A stretch of DNA of 64,000 nt from an uncultured bacterium (GTDB lineage: Bacteria > Patescibacteriota > Minisyncoccia > UBA6257 > GWB1-50-10). The DNA is taken from NCBI GenBank assembly GCA_963722655.1, contig CAVRNT010000001.1, forward strand, positions 17,447 to 81,446, read 5' to 3'. The translations under genes were made by a program, and so were the position numbers. Below, piece by piece: positions 1 to 10,153 of this stretch; position 1 is the first letter of the stretch, and each line of letters begins with the position of its first letter. The notes beneath the pieces are model-generated. The model searched no databases and had not been told where the DNA came from. It worked only from the letters and a program-made list of their open reading frames with translations.

Positions 1-553
1 TAGTTGCTATGTCTATAATCTTACGTTTCTCCCCGGGATCGAAGATTCTGTCATCTGTGCGATTCTCTCCAATGTATAATTTCGCGAAACCGTTAGCTTG
101 GGACACAGCTTTATTTTCAAGAACTACATTAAATCGCTTGTTTTCGTTTGCATTCTTCTGCAACAAATAAAAGTTGGCTGGATCGGGCTCAAAGGCAAAA
201 ACCCTACCAGATTTGCCCACGAGCCCGCTAAAAAGCAGCGTATAGTAGCCTATGTTGGCTCCAATATCTACCACCGTCATCCCATTTCTTATTTCTTTCT
301 TGACCAAATCCGTTTCCGGTACTTCATAAGCCCCGAACACCGATAAGCTCAACCTATCTTCAGGATCCAAATACATTTTGGAACCATTCACCTCGACACA
401 CTTTACATTCTCGTCTTTTACGAGTGAGATAAAAAAAGTGTAAATCTTGGACACGATGCCGATCTGACCTAATCCATAACCCCTGCTAAGGAATTTAACA
501 GTTTTCGCAAATACTTTTCGGCCCAATTTTTTTACTTTTGATTCTTTACTCAT
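1..553 (-). CDS. FkbM-family SAM-dependent methyltransferase (partial, C-terminus beyond window start)
   Basis: Reverse-strand translation from the ATG at 553-551 gives MSKESKVKKLGRKVFAKTVKFLSRGYGLGQ...VVDIGANIGYYTLLFSGLVGKSGRVFAFEPDPANFYLLQKN. The VVDIGANIGYYT and FEPDP motifs are typical of FkbM methyltransferases. The ORF has no stop before position 1. Confidence 0.7.
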   Translation of the reverse strand, partial: MSKESKVKKLGRKVFAKTVKFLSRGYGLGQIGIVSKIYTFFISLVKDENVKCVEVNGSKMYLDPEDRLSLSVFGAYEVPETDLVKKEIRNGMTVVDIGANIGYYTLLFSGLVGKSGRVFAFEPDPANFYLLQKNANENKRFNVVLENKAVSQANGFAKLYIGENRTDDRIFDPGEKRKIIDIAT

Positions 554-1736
554 GTGTTTTGCTTCCGTTGCGCTTTAAAATATCGTCGCATGCAGCCTCA
601 ATTTCGTTTGCGGTCACGCTGCACACACTTTCAGCGATGCAGTTTTCTTTCGTGTAATCGCAAGGAATGGGCCTGTGATAAATTATTCTATGCTGAATCC
701 CGTAAGGAAACCATTTCCCGAAAACGTTCCTAACGCCGTATATCCCGACGACGGGAGTCGCAACTGCCGCGGCGATGTGTACGGCGCCAGTATCATTGGA
801 AATCAACAAGTCACATTTTCTTACCAACGATACGGTTTCAAGGAGCGTCAACTTGCCGGCCAGAATTAACGAGTGGGACTCAGAAATTTGGCGCGCTGCG
901 ATGGCAATTCTTGGCGCATCGTCGGCGCTCCCGATGAAAACGATACCTGCATTATACTCATCAACTAAATATTTTACTACTTCTCCAAACCGCTCCGGAG
1001 GCCACGCGTTAGCTTCCCTTTTGGCTCCAACGTTGATAACAATAATCGTTCTCTTCCCGGCCCCCAGATAATCAAGTAGCTTGCCGATCTTTTCTTCGGT
1101 AAGCTCGGAGGACGGGAAATCAAACTTCACTTTCCCCCCAAAAGGCGCGTACCGGTTCAAAACGTCCAAGATATTTTCGACCTCGCACTTTTCAAAAGAG
1201 TAATCGACTTGGGTGTTCTTGAATAAATTCAGGATGGTGCGCACGCGGAAACCGAACGCCGATCTTGCGCCGATTAGTTTCGCGAAGATCATGTTCCTAG
1301 CGAGTGTCCGAAAGCGGACATAATCATCCGGTATTTGGATAAAAAGGTCGTATTGCTCCCGCTTTAGGGCTTCAATAAACGTTTTCCTCTTATTGGCACT
1401 GTCGATGTCGTCTGAATAATACACCCGCAAATCATCGAGATATTTCGCGCCGGTAAGGAGCTCTTTCCCGCCAACCGCTCCCCGTTTACCGGGAGAGGTG
1501 AGAAGAACTATCTTCGCCTGCGGATAGGCGCGCCTAATCGCGACGAAGGCTGGAATGGCACAGATAACATCGCCGATATTCCCCACTTTGAATATCAAGA
1601 TGCTTTTCGGGTCCCCTGGTCTTCGAAAAAGCAGGCGGCGCAGCGCTTCAAGAACCGCATTCTGGATCCAGAGGATCGCGACGACGATCGATAATTGGAC
1701 CGCTTTCAGGGATGGCGGCCTTATTTCTTGTTCCAT
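546..1736 (-). CDS. glycosyltransferase family 9 (ADP-heptose:LPS heptosyltransferase-like)
   Basis: 396-aa ORF. The C-terminal region LISNDTGAVHIAAAVATPVVGIYG is the GT9 (RfaF/WaaC-like) signature. It overlaps the downstream methyltransferase start by 8 nt. Confidence 0.8.
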   Translation of the reverse strand: MEQEIRPPSLKAVQLSIVVAILWIQNAVLEALRRLLFRRPGDPKSILIFKVGNIGDVICAIPAFVAIRRAYPQAKIVLLTSPGKRGAVGGKELLTGAKYLDDLRVYYSDDIDSANKRKTFIEALKREQYDLFIQIPDDYVRFRTLARNMIFAKLIGARSAFGFRVRTILNLFKNTQVDYSFEKCEVENILDVLNRYAPFGGKVKFDFPSSELTEEKIGKLLDYLGAGKRTIIVINVGAKREANAWPPERFGEVVKYLVDEYNAGIVFIGSADDAPRIAIAARQISESHSLILAGKLTLLETVSLVRKCDLLISNDTGAVHIAAAVATPVVGIYGVRNVFGKWFPYGIQHRIIYHRPIPCDYTKENCIAESVCSVTANEIEAACDDILKRNGSKTHE

Positions 1737-3466
1737 TTATTCAAAACGACGTTGGCCCAGAAGCGCGACCAGTGGCCTACGGCGGGTTTGACTTCGAGCC
1801 ATTTTTGGAACGGGAAGGTAAAACCCATCTTCGGCCGGTCCCAAACCTCGCGCGGCAGGTCCGCGCCAAGGGCTTCGATCAAGAGCCGTTTCGGTTGGCC
1901 GCTCGTCTTGAGCGCCGGCGAGAGGGAGTTTAGGTATTCCACGAGCGGCGGGTCCAAATACGGCACACGCACCTCGAGCGAATGGCGCATCGACATGAAA
2001 TCGGCGTCTTTGAGGAGCTGGTTACTCATATAGAAGTTAACCTCGAGATATGAAAGGAGGTCGACGGGGTGAAGTCGGGCGGCCTCCGGCGGGATGAGCG
2101 CCTCAATTTTCTTCAGAACTTCCCAAACCTCGCTTTCGGGGACATTAAGTGTGCGCGCGATTTCTTCCGGCAGGAAAAGTCCTCGGAGAGCGAGATAAAA
2201 GTAAAGCGGGTGTTTCTTCCGGAGATACCGGAGCCTTTTTGCCGCCGGTTTCGGAACAATCGCGGCCAGCAAGCCGGGTAGAAGAGGGACCATTTGAACA
2301 AGGCGCATTGCTTTCGCTCGCCGGAAATTCTGGTAGCCGCAGAAGATCTCGTCGCTCCCCAATCCCGAAAGGACGGTTTTGAGGCCTGCTGCCCGAGCTG
2401 CTTGGGCCACGAAATAAACGTTCACGCCGTCCACGGTCGGCTGGTCCATCGCGTCAAATACGTCGTCATATTTCGCGAGAAAATCCTCTTTCGTTATCTT
2501 TTCCTCGCGATGATCACTTTTTATCCTCTTAGCTACAAGCTTTTGGTATTTTTGCTCGGAAAATTCCGGTTCGTCGAAGACGATGGATAAAGTTCGGAGG
2601 TTCGACCTCCCGTGGAGGTCGAACCTCCTGATTTTAGCGGCCAAAATCGAGAGCACCGAAGAGTCGGTGCCACCGGAAAGGAAAACGCCAAGGGGCGCGT
2701 CGCTCACAAGGTTCAGGCGGACGGCTTCCTGGAGCAGCCGGCGAACTTCCTGCTTCGCCTCGCTGAAAGAGACTTTTCGCTTATTCGTGAACGGTGCCAG
2801 CGAATCGTAGTACCGGACTTCTTTGGCCTCTCGGCCGTCCCAAACGACGTAGTGGCCGGCCCGGACCGCCCGGACCTCGCGGTAGGTCGTGAGCGGCAGG
2901 GGCACGGAGCCGAAAAGAAGGAAGGCAATCTTCGCATCCCGGTTCTCCGTTAGCGTCACAAAGCCCGATCCCCTTATTGCCTCGACCGTGGAGGCGAAGA
3001 TCAACCTTCGTCCTGAAGACGCGAAATAGAGCGGCTTAATGCCATATTGGTCCCGCACGAGATGGAGGGCGCCGCTCTTTTTGTCGTAAAGTCCGAAGGC
3101 GAACATCCCGCGCAGACGGGCAAACGAGGCCGGGCCGTATTTTTCGAAAAGCGCGAGAATGACCTCGGTATCTGAATGCGTTTTGAACCTCACGCCCTGC
3201 GCTTCCAGCCCCTTTTTAAGCTCGGCGAAGTTGTAGATCTCCCCGTTGAACGTGATGACGAGATCCCCCCGCTCCATCGGCTGATGGCCGTCCGGGGAAA
3301 GATCGATGATGGAAAGCCGCCGGTGGCCGAAGGCCACGGGTGTTGAAACGAAAACTCCTTCGTCATCCGGACCGCGCTTAGCTTGGCAGGCGTTCATCCG
3401 CCCGACCGCGCGCTCCAATTCCCTTTCTTCCCCTTCCTTGAAATAGACCCCGGCGATGCCGCACAT
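1721..3466 (-). CDS. asnB: asparagine synthase (glutamine-hydrolysing) family amidotransferase
   Basis: 581 aa, starts MCGIAG (class II glutamine amidotransferase nucleophile Cys2). SGGTDSS PP-loop motif at about residue 265. In a glycan cluster it may act as a sugar amidotransferase. Confidence 0.85.
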   Translation of the reverse strand: MCGIAGVYFKEGEERELERAVGRMNACQAKRGPDDEGVFVSTPVAFGHRRLSIIDLSPDGHQPMERGDLVITFNGEIYNFAELKKGLEAQGVRFKTHSDTEVILALFEKYGPASFARLRGMFAFGLYDKKSGALHLVRDQYGIKPLYFASSGRRLIFASTVEAIRGSGFVTLTENRDAKIAFLLFGSVPLPLTTYREVRAVRAGHYVVWDGREAKEVRYYDSLAPFTNKRKVSFSEAKQEVRRLLQEAVRLNLVSDAPLGVFLSGGTDSSVLSILAAKIRRFDLHGRSNLRTLSIVFDEPEFSEQKYQKLVAKRIKSDHREEKITKEDFLAKYDDVFDAMDQPTVDGVNVYFVAQAARAAGLKTVLSGLGSDEIFCGYQNFRRAKAMRLVQMVPLLPGLLAAIVPKPAAKRLRYLRKKHPLYFYLALRGLFLPEEIARTLNVPESEVWEVLKKIEALIPPEAARLHPVDLLSYLEVNFYMSNQLLKDADFMSMRHSLEVRVPYLDPPLVEYLNSLSPALKTSGQPKRLLIEALGADLPREVWDRPKMGFTFPFQKWLEVKPAVGHWSRFWANVVLNKWNKK

Positions 3467-3474
3467 AAAAGGCC

Positions 3475-4077
3475 TTATCGCCGCGTTGAAGTGGCGATCG
3501 TTGGGGCGAATTGGTTGAGGAAAGCGGAGACCTGGGTGTCTGTCGGCCAGTAGGCATGGATGGTCTCGGCGGTCCGAATGGCGTCGACCGCATCGTTGTG
3601 AGCGGCGTAAAGTTGCAGAAGCGGATAGAGCGCCGGCGGCAGCTTCGGCCCCTGGGCGAGCACATCGCTGTAGTAAGCGACGGCTTTGGCGTAGTCCGAA
3701 TCGCTGTGGGTGTAGTTCATCCAGAGCGTCGCGTAGATCTGGCCCATCGTAAGCGGCTCCGCGGTGTAGCTCACGTCAATGTACGGCTCGACGTAGTTCG
3801 TGAGCGCCCGCGCGACCGCCTCGCTCTGACCCTTTTGAGAGATGATGCCCACGATGTTCCCCAAAAGGAACTTCACCGTCTCGAACTGTCCAATTGGGGA
3901 ATAGAACTGGAGCGCCTGATTGAAATCGGTATCAAAATCATCCAGCGTCTTCACGTTCTGGAGACCTTGGAGAGCAGTGATATACAGGCTCGCCTTGACG
4001 TAAGGCAGATAAGCGCCGTAGATAAGCGACAGGAAAGCGGCGAGGATGAGCACGGGGATGATTATCGGTTTGAGCAT
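3475..4077 (-). CDS. hypothetical N-terminally membrane-anchored protein
   Basis: 200-aa ORF with a single N-terminal hydrophobic helix (IIIPVLILAAFLSLIYGAY). Tightly packed between asnB and the O-antigen ligase-like gene. No recognisable catalytic motif. Confidence 0.5.
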   Translation of the reverse strand: MLKPIIIPVLILAAFLSLIYGAYLPYVKASLYITALQGLQNVKTLDDFDTDFNQALQFYSPIGQFETVKFLLGNIVGIISQKGQSEAVARALTNYVEPYIDVSYTAEPLTMGQIYATLWMNYTHSDSDYAKAVAYYSDVLAQGPKLPPALYPLLQLYAAHNDAVDAIRTAETIHAYWPTDTQVSAFLNQFAPTIATSTRR

Positions 4078-4090
4078 TGAGTTTGACTTA

Positions 4091-5440
4091 TTAGCTGTCG
4101 GTCTTCAGCTCTTTTCTTTGGAACAAAAAGTATCCGAAAGCCAAGAGCACGAAGACGTTGATGTAGATCGGCAACACGTCGAAGAGCACGAGACCTTGGA
4201 CTAGATAGGCCAGCGCGAGCGCCGGGAGGATCGCCCGGACGAACGGCGGTTTTTGGCTAAGGAGGGTCTCACCCGCCTTCGGCCGAGCGCTCTTGAAGAA
4301 TCCGACGAAGAAGACGACGAACACGCCGAGATACGCAACAGTACCCACAGCTCCCGTTTCGGCCAAACCGTCGAAAATGATGCTGTGGGCCCGGTCGAAC
4401 CAAGCGCCGAAGCCCTGGCTCGGGTCGAAATAATTGATGTTGAAGAACTTATTGAAGACGACCGGGAAGTTCTCCGGGCCCCAGCCGAAAACGGGCCGCG
4501 CGAGGAATCCGTCCCAAGCAATCTGCCACATCACTGCTCTGGTCTGGAAAGTACCAGCTAAAACCGAGATGTCAAAAACACGCGAACCAGGTATGCGTTT
4601 AACGAAGGACGACTGCTGGAACGCCACGAGTAGACCGACGACCACCAATATGAGTGCAATTGCGCCGAGAATCCATTTGCGAAGCGCCGGTTTCATGAAC
4701 GCCGCATAGACCAAGGCGGCAATGAGGCCCACTACGAAACCGATGAAAGAGCCGCGGGTACCGGTCAAAATGAAGGCGGAGAAAAGGAAGGCGGTGATAA
4801 CCCCGAAGAAAACCCAGCCGAGGATTTTCATCTTCTGCCGGTATTTTGTGAAGAGGAGATAAAAAAGATACCCAAATGCAAAGATCAGATAAGCGCCGAC
4901 GTAGGCCGGATTGCCGATGGAGCCCTGGAAACGATAGCCGCCGTCCGTGAAACGCGAACCGACGAAGCCGCCGAAGTTCATGCTGGCAAGATAGCCGTAA
5001 ACGACCATTAAGATCGAGCCCGCGACCATGAAGGTCAAAAAACGCGACCAGTCCTTCTCACCTTTGAAAAGCGTCACGAGGAGCAGGAAGAGGAGATAAA
5101 GGTGGATGATCTGCAATCCGCCCTCCCCTCTTTCAAAATTGGACCAGAAGGACCAGTTGAAGTTAACGCCAAAGACGCAGGCGAGGAGGAAAGCGGCGGT
5201 GAAAATGGAAACCGCGATGCCCAGCGGGGAACGCAGAACTTTCCACAATCTTTTGAGATGCTCTTCGGCACTGGGAGAAAAAAGGAAGCCTGAAAGAAGA
5301 AAGATGAAGCTTAGGTCGATAGCGCCGCGGAAAACGGCGTATTTCCCGACGATGAACGGGAAAAGGGTGAAGGGGGTGACGACAACGACGACGAAGGGGA
5401 CTAAATAAAGGAAAAACCGGGATACTTTGAAATAATCCAT
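4091..5440 (-). CDS. O-antigen ligase / Wzy_C family polytopic membrane protein
   Basis: 449 aa with about 10 predicted TM helices. A periplasmic loop carries GWGPENF...RAHSIIFDGLAETGAVG, matching the conserved His loop of WaaL/PglL/Wzy_C proteins. Confidence 0.7.
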   Translation of the reverse strand: MDYFKVSRFFLYLVPFVVVVVTPFTLFPFIVGKYAVFRGAIDLSFIFLLSGFLFSPSAEEHLKRLWKVLRSPLGIAVSIFTAAFLLACVFGVNFNWSFWSNFERGEGGLQIIHLYLLFLLLVTLFKGEKDWSRFLTFMVAGSILMVVYGYLASMNFGGFVGSRFTDGGYRFQGSIGNPAYVGAYLIFAFGYLFYLLFTKYRQKMKILGWVFFGVITAFLFSAFILTGTRGSFIGFVVGLIAALVYAAFMKPALRKWILGAIALILVVVGLLVAFQQSSFVKRIPGSRVFDISVLAGTFQTRAVMWQIAWDGFLARPVFGWGPENFPVVFNKFFNINYFDPSQGFGAWFDRAHSIIFDGLAETGAVGTVAYLGVFVVFFVGFFKSARPKAGETLLSQKPPFVRAILPALALAYLVQGLVLFDVLPIYINVFVLLAFGYFLFQRKELKTDS

Positions 5441-5483
5441 TGGATTGAAAGATTATAGTACAAAGCGCTGATTTTTAAAAGCA

Positions 5484-5512
5484 AAAGGCCCGCCAAAGGC
5501 GGGCCGATTGCT
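5484..5512 (-). terminator. rho-independent terminator downstream of the giant surface protein gene
   Basis: Hairpin aaaaggcccgcc-aaa-ggcgggcc. On the minus strand it is followed by a U-run. It lies about 35 nt past the stop of the 5547..8909 gene. Confidence 0.6.
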
Positions 5513-5546
5513 TGCTGGTTCTACGCTACCAGAAAACCAATGACTG

Positions 5547-8500
5547 CTAGTTCACGATTATCGGGGAAGGCGAGCCGGTTATGACCGCTGTCGGCAGGTT
5601 GTAACTCGGGTTCGGGCCCAAGTTATTAGCCGTACCGTCACTCCATGTCCACGACGACAGGTTAGTTTGAGTCGTAACCGCCGTACCGGACTGCGATCTC
5701 GTCGAGAGACCGCCGGTGTTCATTACTGCGAAGAACTGGAGAGTCACTGACTGACCAGCGGTAACAGTAATCGCCGGGTTGAACGTAACGATCGTGCTCG
5801 TCCCAAGAGTGCCGATGCCATTACCAGGACCGATGTTCGTGGTAATCCCATTCGCGCCACCGACTGTGTACGTAGCGCCGTTCGCAAGGTTGATAACGCT
5901 CAGCGTAGTTGTCGCCGCTGACGAACTTGCGTTGTACACCGACATCGCTATGGTCGTTGAACCGATCGTAGCGTTCGCACCCGAACCAGCCGTGAAGGTG
6001 AAGGCACCAATTTGCTGGTTAGCCGGGCTGGAACCGGGTGTAGCCGAGACGCCCGCCGCACTCAAGGTCGTGCGCAAGACCGTGAAGGTGTTGCTGTACG
6101 AAGTCGAGGTGGCGGAAGCCGTCTGCTGTGAGGCCTTGCCCTGGTAGTCGATCTGGTTGATCAAGGCCGTGGACGTGGCCCCCGTCGCTGGGTAGGAGGC
6201 GCTCAAGGCGGTGTAGTTGTTCGCATCGGCAATGAGCTTCAAGCCCAACTGGCCGCCCTGCGAGATCGGGATGTTCACACCCACGAACTCGAAGGTGTAA
6301 GGCGAACCGGTTCCGTTCAGGTTGCTACCCGTCGTCGCCGTGCCGCCGTACCAGTTGCCACTGCTATCCTGCAAGCGGAAGTACACGAGGGCGCCGGTCA
6401 AGGACGAAGTCGCCGTCACCCAGACGTTCTGGACGTTGATGGCTTCGTTGTTGGAACCAGTGATCGTGTACTGCGCGAGCTGGACGCCCGTCGTACCCAT
6501 ACCGACCTGAATGCCGGTCGGCATGTTCGTCGCGGCGTAGGACAAGGTCCCGGCCGCAACTACGTTATCCGTCTGGCCGCCGATTGCGGTCGTCAAACCG
6601 CCATTCACGTTCGAGATCGGCTGGTTCGTCGACAGCGCAACGGCTGAAACGCCTGTCGCCGGCATCGAAACCGCCGCGAGCGTGGCCGTGCCGACTCCCG
6701 TCTTCACGTCCGCATAGACGTCGACGATGAGCTGACCGCCAGCCGAGACTTGGAACGGGGTCGAAGCCGAGAAGGTGTAAGTGTTGCCGCTTACTATCGT
6801 GCTCTGGGTCTGGCCAACCTGGGTGGACCCAACCATCACCTTAAGGTTCTGGAAGTAGGTTGCCGCGGTCGAAGAGACCATCACCTGGAGGTTCGAGACT
6901 GAGACCGCCGAGGCCGCCCCCGCCGTCAAGGCGAAGGAACCGATCCTCGCGGCCGCTTGGCCCGCCACCACGTTCACCGTGCCCAAACCGCTGTTCTGGG
7001 TCGCAGTGAGGATGTTGGTGCTCGCGGTGAGCTGGTTACCCGACTGGCCGGCATTTGAAATCGCAGCCAATGAGGTGTAACCCTGACCGACAATCGAGTT
7101 AATCGATGCGGTCAAGGTGCCGGTCGCCGCCGAAGCAACGTCCGCCACAACCGAGAGAACTCGGGTCTGGTTGGCCTGAATTACGTAGTTCAGGCTGGTG
7201 TACGGCGTTGTCGATGCACTGACCGGATTCTGGGTCGTGCCGATCTGCGTACCTTGATCATCAATCAACTTCAGGTTGTTGATGTTCGAGAGCTGATAGG
7301 TCGGCATAGTCCCGCCTAAGGCGACGCTTAAGCTGGTGATGCGAACCGCTTCACCATTGGCCTGGAAATCGATCTTGCCGATCGTCTGGTTCGTCCCGCC
7401 CGGCAAAACGTAGTTCGAAGGGGTATTAGCGTCCTTCGAGACCGTGAGCGTCCCCGCGCTGACGCTCACGAATGAGCCGTAAGCCGGGAAGGTGTTCAAG
7501 GAGGCGTTACCGCCCGCGGACTGAATCACGCTCGGCAAGAAGCCGATGTTGAACATCATGTCCTTGGTGGAAACGTCGTAGTTGTGCTGGATCGAGAGTT
7601 GGAAGTTGCGGTTCACGCCGCCCACAATGTCCGCATAGACATAGAGGTTGGCCGCTTGACCCGCCGCGAGCTGCATACCGAGGTTACTGAAAACCACGGT
7701 GTTGCCGCTCGAGAGTCCCGGAACCGTCGAGATAAGCGTCCCGGCGTTGTAGAGCTTATAGTTCTGAACGTCGGAAGGACCAGTGCTACCAGTCGAAGTG
7801 AACGTTATGCTGTTCACCTGAACCGCTTGGTTCTGGGCTTGGAAGGTGAACTGGCCGACGTTGAACTGCGTCTGACCGGCGTTCACCGATAATCCGAATC
7901 CGCCACTCGCACTCGTGCCGGTGTAGCCCGCGGAAGCGTTCGTAATCTGAATGCCGCCGAGGTTACCGACCGAAGCCGAGGTCATCGTGTTACCCGTAAT
8001 CGGGAAGGTGCCGCTGACCGGCAGGCTCCCGACGGTCACGATTGACGAGGCTGAAGGCACCGAGAATAGGTAGGTGTGACCGGTCGCGGAGCTAACGATA
8101 CTGACCGCGATGGTCATCTCAACCGACTGACCCGCCGGAACCGTGAAGAGACCGGCTGGGTTGGTGAAGTTCACCGCACCGTTCGAGATGCCGAGGTTGG
8201 TCGCGATGATCGCGCCGCCCTCGTATTTCAGGTACACGTTCGAGAGATCCTGGTCGGAGGACAAACCGCTGCGGTTCACCGTCAAACTAGTGACCGTGAC
8301 CGGAGCACTGCCCGCCGTGAAGTTCATCCGCAAGACTGGCACCACCTCGGAGCTAGCGGCAAGGTTAACTGGAACGTTCCCCGCTACCGGGTTGTCGGCA
8401 GCGAGAGTAACTGAAAGGCCGCTCCCTGCTGGGACGACCACCGTTGTACCACCGGACGTAACCGTAGTTCCGCCCGCGGATGCCACGTAGGCCCGCGTCT

Positions 8501-8909
8501 TGGGGCCGAAGTAGCCGGCGGCCGGGCTGATACCCATGGCTTTCTGGTACGCCGCGAGGGCCGCCGTGGTCAAAGAACCAAAGTAGCCGGTCGGCGCCGA
8601 AATCTTGAGGTACCCGCCGTTGATCAACATTTGCTGCAAAGCGGAAACGTCCGCTCCACTGCTGCCCGTAGTGAGGTCACGGGTATAGCTGTAGGAAGAG
8701 ACGGAAGAACCGCTTGAAGCCTGTAGGGCCTGCAACTGCGTCGTGAGGGCCTGAATCTGGGCCATCAAGGTCGCAATCGTCTGGGCCGTTGTCTGCGCAG
8801 AGGCCGGCAAAATTGAACCCGCGAGCCAAACGGCCGTGGTCAAAGCCAAGCCCACTGCAACAGCTTTTCGACTGAATTTACTCATTTCTGATTGTTTAGG
8901 ACGGATCAT
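5547..8909 (-). CDS. giant secreted Ser/Thr/Gly-rich surface protein with N-terminal peptidoglycan-binding domain
   Basis: 1120 aa. Signal peptide MSKFSRKAVAVGLALTTAVWLAGSILPASAQ. Coiled segment IATLMAQIQALTTQLQALQ. PG_binding_1-like block DVSALQQMLINGGYLKI...YQKAMGISPAAGYFGPKTRAY. This is followed by about 950 aa of low-complexity T/S/G/A/N/V repeats (Ig/beta-sandwich-like). Confidence 0.75.
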   Translation of the reverse strand: MIRPKQSEMSKFSRKAVAVGLALTTAVWLAGSILPASAQTTAQTIATLMAQIQALTTQLQALQASSGSSVSSYSYTRDLTTGSSGADVSALQQMLINGGYLKISAPTGYFGSLTTAALAAYQKAMGISPAAGYFGPKTRAYVASAGGTTVTSGGTTVVVPAGSGLSVTLAADNPVAGNVPVNLAASSEVVPVLRMNFTAGSAPVTVTSLTVNRSGLSSDQDLSNVYLKYEGGAIIATNLGISNGAVNFTNPAGLFTVPAGQSVEMTIAVSIVSSATGHTYLFSVPSASSIVTVGSLPVSGTFPITGNTMTSASVGNLGGIQITNASAGYTGTSASGGFGLSVNAGQTQFNVGQFTFQAQNQAVQVNSITFTSTGSTGPSDVQNYKLYNAGTLISTVPGLSSGNTVVFSNLGMQLAAGQAANLYVYADIVGGVNRNFQLSIQHNYDVSTKDMMFNIGFLPSVIQSAGGNASLNTFPAYGSFVSVSAGTLTVSKDANTPSNYVLPGGTNQTIGKIDFQANGEAVRITSLSVALGGTMPTYQLSNINNLKLIDDQGTQIGTTQNPVSASTTPYTSLNYVIQANQTRVLSVVADVASAATGTLTASINSIVGQGYTSLAAISNAGQSGNQLTASTNILTATQNSGLGTVNVVAGQAAARIGSFALTAGAASAVSVSNLQVMVSSTAATYFQNLKVMVGSTQVGQTQSTIVSGNTYTFSASTPFQVSAGGQLIVDVYADVKTGVGTATLAAVSMPATGVSAVALSTNQPISNVNGGLTTAIGGQTDNVVAAGTLSYAATNMPTGIQVGMGTTGVQLAQYTITGSNNEAINVQNVWVTATSSLTGALVYFRLQDSSGNWYGGTATTGSNLNGTGSPYTFEFVGVNIPISQGGQLGLKLIADANNYTALSASYPATGATSTALINQIDYQGKASQQTASATSTSYSNTFTVLRTTLSAAGVSATPGSSPANQQIGAFTFTAGSGANATIGSTTIAMSVYNASSSAATTTLSVINLANGATYTVGGANGITTNIGPGNGIGTLGTSTIVTFNPAITVTAGQSVTLQFFAVMNTGGLSTRSQSGTAVTTQTNLSSWTWSDGTANNLGPNPSYNLPTAVITGSPSPIIVN

Positions 8910-9129
8910 AAATGGACTCCAATAAGTTGCTCATCCTTATTGTAAGACCGTTTTGACCCGTTTTGTTTTCGACAATTTTTGTTTTTTTCGACTGTTCGAC
9001 TTAAGTTTTCCTTAAGCCGCCGACCTTTAGAAGTTTCGGAAAACCTGGTTCCGCCGCTTTTCGACCCCCGCCTAGAGTGAGGACTAAGCGGCGGAAGACG
9101 GTGGAATCGGTTGTTAATATCTAAAATTT

Positions 9130-9159
9130 AAAAGTCCCGCTTTGAAGCGGGACTTTTAA
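9130..9159 (-). terminator. hairpin terminator
   Basis: aaaagtcccgc-tttgaa-gcgggactttt is a perfect 11-bp stem. On the minus strand it is followed by a T-rich run. Confidence 0.5.
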
Positions 9160-9350
9160 CGGACGGAAAAGCTTTGATTGAATTAACCGACGCCATTCCC
9201 CGAGCAAAAAAGGAATAAGCGACGCTTAATTCAACCAAAGGCGTTCCCTACCCGTTAGCTGGCCTCACTTCCAAGCTAACTTGACTATGTTATACCAAAC
9301 TACAGGAAACCTGCCTGAAAATCAAATCCTTTGGTTTCAATGAATATAAC

Positions 9351-9372
9351 GAAACGGCCTTGGGGCCGTTAC
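9351..9372 (-). terminator. hairpin immediately after stop of the 9392..10153 gene
   Basis: acggcc-ttgg-ggccgt lies 20 nt after the stop codon, with a U-rich tail on the minus strand. Confidence 0.45.
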
Positions 9373-9391
9373 TATCACTTATCCACAGCCC

Positions 9392-10153
9392 TCACCCCAA
9401 AACCCAGGGGACGACGGCGAAGATCAGCACCAAAAATACGGTCAGGATAGTTATCTCCCGAAAAACGTAGCCGTTGTTCAAAAGGCCGCGGGAATGGGCC
9501 AAAAGGACGTCCCGCAAGACCACGAAGACCAGGGTGAGGGCTGCTGCGGCATTCAAGAACCCCAGGGGCAGGAAGGCGAGCAACGCCGCCGTCTCGGCGA
9601 GGATGAGCCCGATCGCCCAAGCGGCCAGGCGCTCCCGCCGGAAGAAACGTTCGGGGGCCGACCGGAAAGCCTCCCGGACGAGGATGGCCGAGAGGGCGAA
9701 GACTGCTAAGAGGAACCCGACACCCCCCCAGAAAGAGGTCTGGCGGGCGCCGGGGAAGAGTTCAAAAAGCAGAGCGGCCGAGAAGGCGAAGAGTCCCGCT
9801 TCGCCGATGTCCGCGGTGAGCGCCCGGTTGGGCCAAAGGAGGCGAACGTCACCCAACCAAAGATACAGGAGGGCGAAGTAGAGACAAGAGACAAGATAAA
9901 ACAAGAGGCCAGAGGAGACGGTGCCTGCGACGAGCGCCCAAACCGCGAGGAGCCAAAAATAGGTCCGGCGGTTCGTCCGCTCCGCTCCCTCGGAAAAATA
10001 GAGCCAAAAAGAAACGGCGAGGAAGACGACGATACCCCAGAAGGAAAAGCCGACGAGGCCGGCGAAAAGCAGGGCGATGAACCCGGCGAGCGCCTTAAAG
10101 AGCAACCTCCACCCGGTTTTCGCGATTAAGGACGATAGTAGCTTTTTCACCAT
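9392..10153 (-). CDS. hypothetical polytopic membrane protein
   Basis: 253 aa, about 7 hydrophobic helices, no motif recognised. The annotated start overlaps the clpB 3' end by 59 nt, so the true start may be internal or an alternative codon. Confidence 0.55.
   Translation of the reverse strand: MVKKLLSSLIAKTGWRLLFKALAGFIALLFAGLVGFSFWGIVVFLAVSFWLYFSEGAERTNRRTYFWLLAVWALVAGTVSSGLLFYLVSCLYFALLYLWLGDVRLLWPNRALTADIGEAGLFAFSAALLFELFPGARQTSFWGGVGFLLAVFALSAILVREAFRSAPERFFRRERLAAWAIGLILAETAALLAFLPLGFLNAAAALTLVFVVLRDVLLAHSRGLLNNGYVFREITILTVFLVLIFAVVPWVLG

Noticed and set aside
98-346. 82-aa plus-strand ORF at the window start
   Set aside because: It is antisense to the partial FkbM methyltransferase gene, which has clear family motifs.
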